Position numbers and translations under genes: made by a program
Shown here: positions 20,759 to 32,297 of the stretch, one piece after another
Position numbering within the stretch: the stretch's first letter is position 1
Layout of the letters: every line of letters begins with the position of its first letter
The notes under the pieces: generated by a model
The model's database searches: none
What the model saw: only the letters and a program-made list of their open reading frames with translations
Told to the model about the DNA's origin: nothing
Assembly: GCA_965206695.1 (NCBI GenBank)
Contig: CBDBKM010000010.1
Span: 64,001 to 128,000 of the forward strand
Direction of reading: 5' to 3'
DNA: 64,000 nt
From: Chlamydiales bacterium
GTDB lineage: Bacteria > Chlamydiota > Chlamydiia > Chlamydiales > JAAZZY01

Positions 20759-23700
20759 ATGACAGATCAGTATATTAACCAAGTTTTAAAACTACTTAAA
20801 AATAAAAAACTATCAAAGGAAGTTGCCTATGATCTAATCAAGTCCTATCAGGCCAATATTCCTGAAAGCTCTAACAACTTGTTAAAATCTGATGAACACA
20901 GGATTGCAGTGATTGGAATGAGTTGTCGCATGCCAAGTGCTAGCAACGCATCGGAATTTTGGGCGAACCTAACCGGTCAAAAAGACTGTATCCGTCCTTT
21001 CCCGGAGACCAGAAAAAAAGATACAGATCCGTTTTTGAAGAGAGTGAATCCGGATTTATTTATCGATAGTGATCCTTATTGGCCTGCGGGATTTATTGAT
21101 CGAGTAGATCTATTTGATTCAGACTTCTTTAATATAGTTCCTGGTGAAGCTAAGTTTATGGACCCTCAACAGCGTTTATTTCTGGAGGTCGCTTATGAGG
21201 CTATGGAAGACTCCGGCTATATTGGTACACCTTTCAGTCAGGCAAAGGCAGGGGTTTATATCGGCCATTGTGACAATGAATACCAAGCTGCAATTGAAGA
21301 AATAAATCCTGCAGCAATCCCTGGAAACCTAATACCTTTCATCGCCTCTAGAATTTCATATTTATTCGATTTAAAAGGCCCTGCTATCTCTATTGCAACA
21401 ACGTGTTCCTCTTCTTTAACTGCTATGCATATGGCTTCACAGGCGTTGCTCTCAGGAGATTGTGAAATGATAATTGTTGGAGCAACAAATTTATACCTTT
21501 TCCCTGCTAACATTAAAAGCGATTCAGTCTATACAGTTGGAATTTCTGCTGAAGATTACCGCTGTAGAACATTTGATAGCAAAGCGAATGGGGTAGTAAG
21601 AGGAGAGGGGAGTATTGCTCTTGTGCTGAAGCCTTATGCTAAAGCAGTTGAGGACCATGATCAAATACATTCAGTGATTTTAGGAAGCGCAACAAATAAT
21701 GATGGCCATTCTGCTCGGTTAACTGCACCAAACCCAGTGGCGCAAACTTCTCTAATTCAGGAAGCATGGAAAAAATCCAAAGTGGATCCAGAAACTATTT
21801 CTTACATCGAAGCACATGGAACAGGGACTAAGTTAGGAGATCCGATAGAGGTAAAAGCTATAAACAAAGCTTTTGCAAAATACACCAGTAAAAAACACTT
21901 TTGTGGACTTGGGTCTGTAAAAACTAATATTGGGCACCTGGTAGGTGGAGCCTCGGGGCTAGCAGGTGTTTTGAAGGCAATATTAAGTCTAAAACATAGG
22001 TTAATTCCCTCCATTTTGCATTATGAAGACCCCAATCCCTTAATAGATTTTAAAAATTCAGCAGTGTATGTAGTCGATAAAAATTTAGAACTCAATCAAA
22101 AATGTATTCGAATGGGCGTTTAGTGCCTTTGGATTTAATGGTACGAATACGCATTTAATCCTTGAGAACTACGAATTTCAGCAGCCTCTTGAAAATATTC
22201 CGGATACTTATATTCTACCAATTTCAGCAAATTCTGAATCGGCTTTGATTAATCTCGTTGATCGGTATCGTCATTTTATAGGCTCAGACTGGAATGCCGG
22301 GGAAATATTCAACTTGTGTTACACAGCTTCAGTCAAGCGTATTCATAGAGCTTTCAGAGCTTGTTTTATTTTTCAAAATGTTCCTGAACTTCTCCACAAA
22401 TTAGATCAATTTATTGAAAATCCGAAGAACGACACAACTAATCATATCTATGTTTCAAATAGTTCTTCTAATTCCGACAAAGAAGTTAATATAACGAAAC
22501 TTCAGCTGAGTGAAATTGCTGAGAAATATATTCAAGGTGCTAGAGTCGACTGGGCGCAGCTTTATTCTGCATGGGATACTTATACTACTGGGCTGCCTCA
22601 TTACCCTTATGAGCGAAAAAGAGTATGGCTATCTCCCCCTCAAATTGAACCCGAAGTCACCGAAAATATCCGCAGTGAATCACTACAAAAGGTATCGGAA
22701 AACGTTAAAGTTAATATGACATATGAAGAAAAAGAAAATTTATTCATGAAAATTTGTCAGGACTTGCTCGGTATGGATAACTTTACGTTGGAGAGTGACT
22801 TTTTTGATTTAGGAGGAGATTCCTTACTAGGTATCCAGCTCATCAATTTACTGCATAAGTATTTTAATAAAAAAATCTCACTAGACGATATTTTTGATTC
22901 CGGTTCATTAAGTGACATTCTACAACTTATTGAGACTTCAGATAGTGGTAAATTTGACACAATTGAAAACTTGCCCGAACAAAGTTCATACATAGTTTCT
23001 TCAGCTCAAAAAAGACTGTGGCTTTTAGAGCAAATGCAAGAGCAAAAAAATGCATATAATATGTATGACTTCTATCTTTTAGAAGGTCTGCTTGATTTGA
23101 CCTTATTTGATTTAGCTTGTGCTCATCTCATTCAGAAGCATGAAGGGTTAAGAACAACTTTTGAAGTCGTAGAGGGGGATCCTGTTCAAAAAATTAATAA
23201 AGAACTTAAATCAAAAATTATTAAATCAGAAGCTAATTCAATTCAGGAAGGAATAACACAATTTAATGCTTTTTTAGAGGAGCCATTTGATTTATCAAGT
23301 GGCCCACTACTTAAAATTAATATAATTAAAATCGAGGAAAGAGACCAATATGTTGTAGGATTTGTTATACACCATATGATTTGCGATGGTTGGTCTTTAA
23401 ACCAACTCATTATTGAACTATTCCATTCCTACTCGTTATTGCTGAAGGGATCGAAGCTTCCAAGTAACACATTACGACTAACATACAAAGATTATGCTGC
23501 TTGGAAGATAAAGTTTTTGGTAAGTGCGGGTTTTAATAAGCAGGAGAAATTCTGGATAGAAAAACTCAATAATTCACCGGTCAACACCGAAATCCCGAGT
23601 GACTTGGTCAGACCTGAACTATTCAATTTTAAAGGAGCTAAAGCAACTTTTCTAATTAACTCTAACAGTGCCTATGCCCTTAAGGAATTGGCTAGGGACA

Positions 23701-26700
23701 ATCAAGCAACCCTGTATATGACACTATTGTCAACGATCTACTTTTTAATTTATAAGTACTCTAACCAAAGAGATTTATTTGTTGGATCACCTGTTTCAGG
23801 GCGCTCACATCATGACTTAAATACAGTAGTAGGCTGTTTCGTAAATACTCTAGTTATGAAAACACACTTGAATCCTAGTGAATCTTTTGCGAAATTTCTT
23901 CAAAATGTCAAAAAAGATGTTTTAGAAGCGTTCGAAAATCAGGATTATCCCTTTGATTACCTCGTAACTAAGCTCAACTTATCGAAAGATACAAGTCGGG
24001 CGCCTATTTTTACTATTAATGTTGTTCTCCAAAATCAGAAAAAAATTCCAACTGACCTCTTGCCTGATGATTTATCAGTGAACCAATTAAAAATTGATCA
24101 TAATACTGCTAAGTGGGATTTAGAATTTGAATTTACAGAATTCGATAACGGTTTAATTCAATGTAATTTAGAGTATTACACAGGTATATATTCTCATGGA
24201 CGTATTCAAAGTATTATTGAAACCTATGAACATTTGATTCATAACATAGCTCAATCGAGTCACAAACCTCTTCAAGAGGTAGATATTTTACCTAAAAAAC
24301 ATAAAAATCAACTTTTGAAGCTCTCCTCTACTTCAAATCTGAAAAAAAGACCTGCTTCTGTAATAGACGCTTTTAATGCAGTGCTTAGTCATAAAGCAAA
24401 TGCAATTGCGGTGCATTCAAATGGAGATCAACTTTCCTTTAAAAATTTAGACTCCCTCTCAACCAATTTAGCTCAATTATTACTAGACAAGCAAATTAAG
24501 AAAGGTTGTTTTGTTGGAATGCTAATGGAGAACTCTCCGGAAACAATAGTATCTATACTAGCCGTTTTAAAAACGGGGGCTGCTTATGTGCCACTTAATA
24601 CTTCATTTCCTGCAAGCAGGTTAAAGTTAATTTTAAAAGATTGTGAAGCTTCTTTTCTAATTACGAAAAACAAGCACAGAAAACTTGCTGATGAGTTTCA
24701 ATGGAGTTGTTCAAAACTTCAGTCCTACTTTTGTTTTGATGATGAATCAGAAATTGAAAGTACTGAAAGTTCAGAACTCATGGATCAAAACCTTTGGGAT
24801 TATGTTGCAGACAAAGCAACAGATGATATTGAGGCCAGTGGTTGGGTCAGTAGTTTTACTGGGCAACCTTTTTCTGTACTTGAAATGTCGGAATACAGCC
24901 AAAATATTTATAGGAAGCTAAATAGTAGCCTTTCGAAAGACTTAAAAGTATTAGAAATTGGGTGCGGTTCAGGTTTAACAATGGAAGTTATTGCACCACA
25001 TGTTGGAGAATATATTGCAACAGATCTATCTGAAAAGATTGTTCAAAGAGTCAATGAAAAATCAAAACATTTAGGGCTTAATCATGTCAAAGCTGTAACT
25101 GTTCCGGCACATGAAATAGATCGATTGAATCTTAAGTCATTTGATTTGGTAATTATAAATAGTGTAATCCATTGCTTCCCAGATATTGCATACTTAAAAA
25201 AACTGCTTAAACAAATCACTGATTCACTTCTAAAAAGCAAGGGGCGAATATTTCTTGGAGATTTAATGGATTTGGATCTCAAGGAACAATTACTAGATGA
25301 CTTAAAAAATTATAAGTCCAACCACCCTGATAAGAACGTCAAAACTAAATTGAGTTTTGATGGTGAGTTATTTATTTCGAAAGAATTTATTCAAAGTTTA
25401 AAAGTAGAGAACTTATCTATAAAAGATATCTCTATTTCTAATAAAATATTCACTGTTTCAAATGAATTAAACAAGTACCGTTATGATGCTCTTTTAGATA
25501 TAGATCGAGGGTGCTTGAATAAAGACCAGCAAAACATAAAGCAAAAAAATCATTATAATAATGAAGATCTAAAATCTGCCAACAAAGCAACTTTTCCAAA
25601 AGTTGTAGAAGATGCCATTGCCTATGTTTTATATACCTCAGGCTCTATTGGGAGCCCAAAAGGTGTTCTTGTATCTCACTCAAGCTTATTAAATTATATC
25701 TTTTGGTCGCTCTCATATTACTGGAGCGAAGATGAGAAAGTTATATTTCCTTTATATTCTTCAATTTCATTTGACTTCACTTTGACAAGTATTTTTTGTC
25801 CTTTATTGTCTGGAGGGCAAATGAAAATTTTATCAGGTAGTTTTGATCAGGTTATTGAAAAAATTGCATCAGACAAAACTATAAATAGCTTTAAAATTAC
25901 TCCTGCACATTTGAGTTATTTAAAAGGTTTAAATTTTGATTTATCCCATATCAATGCACTCATAGTAGGTGGCGACGCACTACTAGGGCATGCTTTGACA
26001 CCTTTTGTTAATAACCAAAATACCAGAATATATAATGAATATGGTCCAACTGAAGCAACTGTAGGGTGTATCGTTTACAAAGGATTGCCTAGTGAGATGT
26101 TAAAGTATACCAATGTTCCAATTGGGAAACCTATAGATGGTGTAAAAGTACTTATACTTGATGACTACGGCAAACCCGTTCCGATTGGAGCAACAGGCGA
26201 GTTGTATTTAGGGGGGGCATGCTTGTCAAAAGGTTACCTTAATTTAAAAGAAAAAACGAAGAAGAGTTTTACTTTGAAAAAATGGGCGTCTTCTGGAACT
26301 GATGAAATATTCTATAAGACGGGTGACTTAGTCCGCCTTTTACCCTCAGGGAATCTTGAATACGTGGGAAGAAAAGACAGGCAAGTAAAACTAAGATCTT
26401 TCCGAATAGAATTATCTGAAATTGACCAAATGCTAGGGCAGTTTCCAAAGATTGTGGATGCAGCTACAACTATTGTGGGAAATAAGAAAGGTGCTGAATC
26501 CTTAGTAGCATATTATAGCGGACCAGAAAAGATTGAATCCGAAGAACTTGTAGATTATTTAGGTAATTTTTTACCTGATTATATGATTCCTACTCAATTC
26601 GTATATTTACAAAAGTTTTCATTGAATATAAATGGTAAAATGGATTTTGCGAAGTTGCCTAATCCAAGTGATCTAGCCGAGAAAGAATATGAGCCTGCTG

Positions 26701-28250
26701 ACACTGTAATTGAAAAACAGTTAGTAACTATTTGGGAAAGACTTTTTTCAAAAAAGCAAATCAGCATCACAGATGACTTTTTTAGCTTAGGCGGAGACTC
26801 AATATCAGCAATGAGAATGTTAAGTTACGCTAAACAAGAAGGAATTCTAATAGCCGTAAAAGATGTTTTTCAAAAAAGGACAATTAAAACCTTAGCTAAG
26901 GTAGTAAAATCCAAAGAGGCAAAAAAATGTGATTCTTTGAAGGTAAGTTACGATAATTTAAGTTTAATGACCTACACGCCGATTCAAAAATGGTTTTTGA
27001 ATCAAAATTTTGAGAATCCCAACTACTTTAATATGGGATACTTTTTCAAAGTTTCAAAATCAGTAGATTTTGATCGCCTTGAGCAGTCTTTTGAAAAATG
27101 CATAGACTTTCATGAAACTCTTCGTTACTTCTACAACTTCCAAGAAGAAAATCCTAAACAAACTTTTAGAACCGAATTTAGTTTTAAAATAAAAACTTTT
27201 GATTTAGTGCAACTAGATCAAAAAAAGCATGAAGATAAAATTATTCAAATCGTTGCAAGTGAGCAAAGAAACTTCAATTTAGCTAACGATCTTCCAATTA
27301 GGGCATTTTATTTTAATTTAAGTGAAAATGAGAAGCGATTATTGATTTTAGTCCATCATTATGTAATAGATGGATACTCTTGGAGAGTTCTTTTAGAAGA
27401 TTTGCAAAACTTCTATCTATTAGACTCATATACTCCTGAATCAACATCTACTTTTAAAAATTGGACGGATAAACTAAACACTCTGTCTGTGCCAGGTCAC
27501 AAAATATCATATTGGTCCATGGTTCAAAATCAGTTACCTGATTCGATCTGTATTGAGGATAAATTTCAATGTACCAAGAACAAATATGCTCACAAGAGCC
27601 TTGTTTTTTCTTCCATACTTACTTCTTCCCTTAACGTAGTAAGTCGAGATGAATATAATACCAGTATACAAGATGTCCTACTTGGGGTGTTTGCAGAAGC
27701 CTTTATGAAAATTTTTAAAAGAGAAAACTTGTGGATTAATTTAGAATCCATTGGACGCGATCCGGAGATATGTGAGGAGTTAAATTGTGACCTTTCTAGA
27801 ACATTAGGCTGGTTTACAGCTCTTTTTCCTGTTTTGATACGAAAAGAAAACAAAATTTCAAAAACTATCCGATCTATTGTGAAGACTCTACAAGAAATTT
27901 CAAACCAAGGTATATATTTTGGAGTAAGTAAACAAGACAAGAAAAGTCCTCTCAATGATCTACAAAATCCCGAGATTCTATTTAATTATTTTGGTAGGGT
28001 TGATGAAGATTTGCTCAAAAAAGGCTCTACAAACTTATTCGAAAGTACGACTGAAAGTTTCGGAGACATATGGGGGCCTGAAAATCGTCGCCCCTATATT
28101 TTTGAAGTTAACTCAATTATTACCGAAGGAGTTTTAAGAGTAGAAATAGAATTTCAGAATGAGATTTTTAAGCATGCAGATGTTGAAAAATTTGTAGATC
28201 TATTTAAAAATTATTTGGAAATGCTTTGCTCAGTCCAAATCCTTAAATAA
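20759..28250 (+). CDS. Hybrid PKS-NRPS KS-ACP-C-A(Asn, MT-interrupted)-T-E, split by a +1 frameshift at ~22120
   Basis: ORF 20759-22123 has KS triad TTCSS/EAHGTGT/NIGHL and stops at MGV*; deleting one T of GTTTAGT gives GVSAFGFNGTNTHLILE, in frame with ORF 22245-28250 (GGDSL, HHMICDGWS, code DFTKIGEVGK, VLEIGCGSG, GGDSI, HHYVIDGYSW). Confidence 0.9.
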
Positions 28251-28267
28251 CCTTTATTGAGACATTG

Positions 28268-29566
28268 ATGCCCTGCCCCTTTCATAAAACGGCCTCTCCA
28301 TCTGAAAATAAAAGTGCTGTGATTCCTTTTAAAAAGCCTCCCTTAACTTTTTACGGAATTTCTCTTCTAAAATTGCTTGTTCTAAGAAATCTAGAAAAAG
28401 TACTAGCAAATGGCTTTAACAAAATGGGGGATTTATTTCAGGCGCGGACTTATCTTTTTATGAAGGGGTTAAAAAACCTGAGGTTTCTCTTTTCAGCGGA
28501 CCCAAAATATATGCAGAGAGCACCCATCTCTGAGGCAGGCCCGACTTCCCTTGCAACAATGGATGGTGCAAAGCAAATAGCACATAAAAAATTTGTTATG
28601 CAGGCTTTCAAAAAAAATTATTTACTGAGATATGCGAAAGAAACCGTGACGGTCTCTCTAGAATTTTTCGATAAACTAAGAGGCGAGGTGGATATTCAGA
28701 AAGATATGATGCGCCTTGCTACAATTATAGTATTAAATAGCTTGCTTGGTTTGAACGATGATAATTCAGAATTTGATTCATTCTTGAATGGCTATAATAT
28801 TATGTCAAAACGAGGGTCTGAAAAGAAGACTCGTAAAAGCTCTTTTCAAAAAGCAATGAAAATTAAACCAATTCTTTGGGGCCAAATCCGGTATTTGCTA
28901 CAAGACCGCGCTATAAACCCTTCAAATGATATTCTTAGTGCTTTTAATAGTGAACGGAAAAAATGCCCTAGTATTACAGATGAAAATGCACAAAATTATA
29001 TTTACATGCTTGCTGAATTTGGTCAGGAGGATTTAGGCATGATTTTGACCTTTGCGCTGTCAACGCTCGGATATTACAGAAACTTTAGAGAAACGTTGCT
29101 AGCAGAAGTTAAAAGTATTACTTCACCAAATCCCTCAATTGAAGAAGTAACCTCTCTACCTTTTTTGAAGTTTTATATTCAAGAACTTGAACGACTTTTT
29201 CCTCCAGTACCTTATTTTTTAAGATACGTGGTAGAGGATACACTTTTTAAAGGGCATTTGATAAAGAAAGAAACAACAATTGTAGCCTCAATTTACCATT
29301 CTCACACTGATTCAAATATTTTCAAAGACCCAATGGAATTTAACCCTAGGCGTTATCTGAGCGAAAGTCAAAAATACGTTTTAGCTTTTGGTGGTGGATA
29401 TCATATGTGCCCTGCAAAGCAATACATATATATGCAAGTTAGACTAATTTTGTTTTCACTACTTAGGCATTATAAAATTGAAAACACAAACCAAAAACCT
29501 TATATAATTTATTCACCCCGAACAGGGTTAAAAAATAATATAAAGCTTAGGATTAACAAACTATGA
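28268..29566 (+). CDS. Cytochrome P450
   Basis: ExxR (ELER.FPPVP), FNPRRY meander, heme motif FGGGYHMC. Confidence 0.9.
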   Translation: MPCPFHKTASPSENKSAVIPFKKPPLTFYGISLLKLLVLRNLEKVLANGFNKMGDLFQARTYLFMKGLKNLRFLFSADPKYMQRAPISEAGPTSLATMDGAKQIAHKKFVMQAFKKNYLLRYAKETVTVSLEFFDKLRGEVDIQKDMMRLATIIVLNSLLGLNDDNSEFDSFLNGYNIMSKRGSEKKTRKSSFQKAMKIKPILWGQIRYLLQDRAINPSNDILSAFNSERKKCPSITDENAQNYIYMLAEFGQEDLGMILTFALSTLGYYRNFRETLLAEVKSITSPNPSIEEVTSLPFLKFYIQELERLFPPVPYFLRYVVEDTLFKGHLIKKETTIVASIYHSHTDSNIFKDPMEFNPRRYLSESQKYVLAFGGGYHMCPAKQYIYMQVRLILFSLLRHYKIENTNQKPYIIYSPRTGLKNNIKLRINKL

Positions 29567-30443
29567 TTCCTATAATTGGTATTTCCCCTTCTTTAGGAGG
29601 CTCAAATGAAAACTCTAATCACGCTGCTGACTATATTTTTAATAATGCACAAATACTAAAAAAGGGGCTGTTTCAAAAAGAGGCTATTTTTCGAGCAGAC
29701 TCCACGGTTTTAGATAAATATTTATCAATGAACCGGCTATTTACTTCTGTGGCTGAGCAAACCTGCGAGTATGTAACAAATAATTCTTTTTTTACTGCAG
29801 TAAAACAGGGGACCATTCTTCAGCTGTTGGCACATGGAGCGGAGTGAGTGAAGCCTTAGCACCTGAAAACTACTTAGGACTTATTTGGATTGATGCTCAT
29901 TTAGATGCCCATACCCCTTAAACTTCTGAAACTGGAAATATTCATGGGATGTCTCTTGCTGCCTTGCTTGGATATGGAAAAACTGAGTTCACATCAATTC
30001 TTTCTACTAATGTCAAAATCCAGCCTGAAAATTTAATTATTATCGGAGCTAGAAGCTTTGCAGAGAGTGAACACCAATTATTGAAACAACTTGGTGTTAA
30101 AATTTATTATATTGAAGACGTAAATGATCTTGGCTTGAAAAGAGTTTTAGAGGAGTCTGTGAATTTTTTTGCTGAAAGACAGATTAAGTACGGTGTCAGC
30201 TTTGACTTAGATGTTTTAGATAATACTATTATTAAATCTGTAGGTACGTCCGTAAAAGGAGGAATAGGAAGAAAAGAATCCTTGCCAAGTCTTTCAATTT
30301 TTGAAGGTTATTCTCTTGTTGCTTTTGAAATCGTAGATTATAATCCTTCATTAGATACATCCTCGGAGGGAATCAACTTTATCAATGAAATGCTTATTAA
30401 AATTCACCGTATTGGCTGTCCACTATCTTCTGTAAGGGATTGA
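29563..30443 (+). pseudogene. rocF: Arginase, with frameshift near 29805 and in-frame TAA at 29919-29921
   Basis: Second frame reads [33 protein letters not shown], then IIGARS, SFDLDVLD, YNP: arginase Mn-binding motifs. Confidence 0.88.
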
Positions 30444-30444
30444 A

Positions 30445-31860
30445 ATGACAACTAGCTTTAATCAAAAGACAACTTTAAAGCCAGATGCACTCACTAAATA
30501 CCCTATTGGCTCTCTATTAGAGTTTTGGAGTGTTTCATGGCCACTCATGTTAGGCTTTTTATCAAGTCATGCAATGATTTTTATTGATAGGCTTTATTTG
30601 GCACGCTACTCAATTGATTCATTGAATGCAGTTGCAAACTCAAGCTTAGCCTATTACTCTGTAACCGTAATTCCGATGGCCATATGCGCAGTATCTGAAG
30701 TGCTTGTGGGTCATCTTCGTGGTGCAAATAAATTTTCGAATATTGGAGTTGTAACATGGCAGATGGTTTGGCTATCACTTATGTTTTCTCCTTTATTTTT
30801 CTTAATAGGAAAATATTTGAGCCCCTACTTTTTTTTAAATACGGGAAACGAAGCAAATGAAATTCTGTACTTTTCAACGCTTTTAACGTTTGCTCCTTTT
30901 GCGTGCTGTAACATGGCTTTAAATGCTTTTTTTATTGGCCTTGGCAAAATAAAATTTGTGGCTATTAGTACCTTAATAGGTAATTTATCCAATATGGTTC
31001 TGGGATATTTTTTTATATTAGGTTGTCAAGGATTCTTAGGTTTAGGTGTTAAAGGTGCTGGTGTGGCAATGGGAATCTCACAAATTATTCAGTGTGTTGC
31101 ACTTTTTACGTTTTTTTTTACTAAAAAAAATATTGTTAAATATGGAGTAGCTAGAGTTAGATGGAATTGTGCTTCATTCAGTGAAAGCTTTAAACTCGGC
31201 TTACCGGCTGGAGCGGCCCATTTTATGGAAGTTTCAGCTCATTACTTATTTTTTAGAATTTTAATTAAATCAGGGGCGGATTGCTTAACAATTGTTGTAG
31301 TAGTTCAGAGTTTTTCTATGTTCGTGGCTTTTTTAATAGAAGCTCAGTCTAAGGGCGTGACAGCTATTATTTCGAATTTGATTGGCTCAAAATCTATTAG
31401 CTATGTTCCAAAAGTTATAAAGACCGCTTTTTCATTTCATGCTTTATTATTTCTTGCCCTTCTCTCTCTCTTTACTTTAGCTCCGGGGCTTATTCTGGGA
31501 ATTTTAATTTCTAAGAGTCAACCGGAGTTCTTGATAAACCTTTATTTCAGACAAAGCTTCATAGCCGCATTTTTTTGGATGCTGCTTTTCTTTTTATTAG
31601 ATGGATTTAGCTGGATCATAATTGGTTTTTTGACTTCAATAAAAGAAACTGTATTTATATTTGTATGCAGTACATTTATTCACTGGTTTTTTTACCTACC
31701 ACTAGCATATCTCTTGCTAATTAAGATGAACCGGGGAAGTGGCATTGCCTGGATGACAATTGCACTCTGTTCCTTCATTCACTTTACAGTTTTTTTTCTC
31801 AGATACAGACAAAAATACGCCGAGAAAAAACTTGAATACGTTTCTTCTAAAGAACTTTAA
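30445..31860 (+). CDS. MATE-family efflux transporter
   Basis: 471 aa, about 12 hydrophobic segments, WPLMLG..FIDRLYLARY and LGVKGAGVA motifs. Confidence 0.88.
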   Translation: MTTSFNQKTTLKPDALTKYPIGSLLEFWSVSWPLMLGFLSSHAMIFIDRLYLARYSIDSLNAVANSSLAYYSVTVIPMAICAVSEVLVGHLRGANKFSNIGVVTWQMVWLSLMFSPLFFLIGKYLSPYFFLNTGNEANEILYFSTLLTFAPFACCNMALNAFFIGLGKIKFVAISTLIGNLSNMVLGYFFILGCQGFLGLGVKGAGVAMGISQIIQCVALFTFFFTKKNIVKYGVARVRWNCASFSESFKLGLPAGAAHFMEVSAHYLFFRILIKSGADCLTIVVVVQSFSMFVAFLIEAQSKGVTAIISNLIGSKSISYVPKVIKTAFSFHALLFLALLSLFTLAPGLILGILISKSQPEFLINLYFRQSFIAAFFWMLLFFLLDGFSWIIIGFLTSIKETVFIFVCSTFIHWFFYLPLAYLLLIKMNRGSGIAWMTIALCSFIHFTVFFLRYRQKYAEKKLEYVSSKEL

Positions 31861-32030
31861 AAGTTGTTTATAGCAAACCATAAGTCATAACGAATTTGAA
31901 GATTCAACCAAAATTCAGGAGAAGTTCCCAAGGCATCTGCAAAATCTAAGGCTATACTTTCTGTTATTCGAGGCTTCTTGTTGATAATTTCACTAACTTT
32001 GGGCTGTGTCCAAGACTCTCCCAAATGCTG
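31857..32030 (-). pseudogene. higA: HigA-family antitoxin remnant (5' end lost)
   Basis: Minus strand reads QPKVSEIINKKPRITESIALDFADALGTSPEFWLNLQIRYDLW. Confidence 0.75.
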
Positions 32031-32297
32031 TTTTCAAATCTTCAAACTTGAATTTCGACCATCTCAAAAGCTTAGCTCCGTTAGGCCTTGAAATAAGAAT
32101 ATTATAGTTTACTTAAGGGTTATTTTGAAGAATTTATTCGGGAAGAACTGATTTACTTATGATTTTGATTATATGGTTTTCGGTAAGCGCCTTTACTTAC
32201 AGTTTTGATATCGATCTTTAATTTTAAAAGACAATATTTGATAAATTTGTACTGTGTGGTGGCAGTAGATTTTGACTTTTAAGGGAATTTCAGAAAA

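Noticed and set aside
22100..22130. Programmed ribosomal frameshift in the PKS-NRPS gene
   Set aside because: No slippery heptamer at the site; it falls inside a conserved KS motif and matches the homopolymer error pattern
5646..28137. Many 60-120 aa alternative-frame and antisense ORFs inside the megasynthetases
   Set aside because: Shadow ORFs of long coding regions with no motifs
193..31860. Identity with colibactin, xenocoumacin, amicoumacin or zwittermicin clusters (Asn starter, MATE, TEII, PPTase)
   Set aside because: No ClbP-type peptidase, no Cy/Ox domains, no aminomalonyl/hydroxymalonyl-ACP genes, and a different module order
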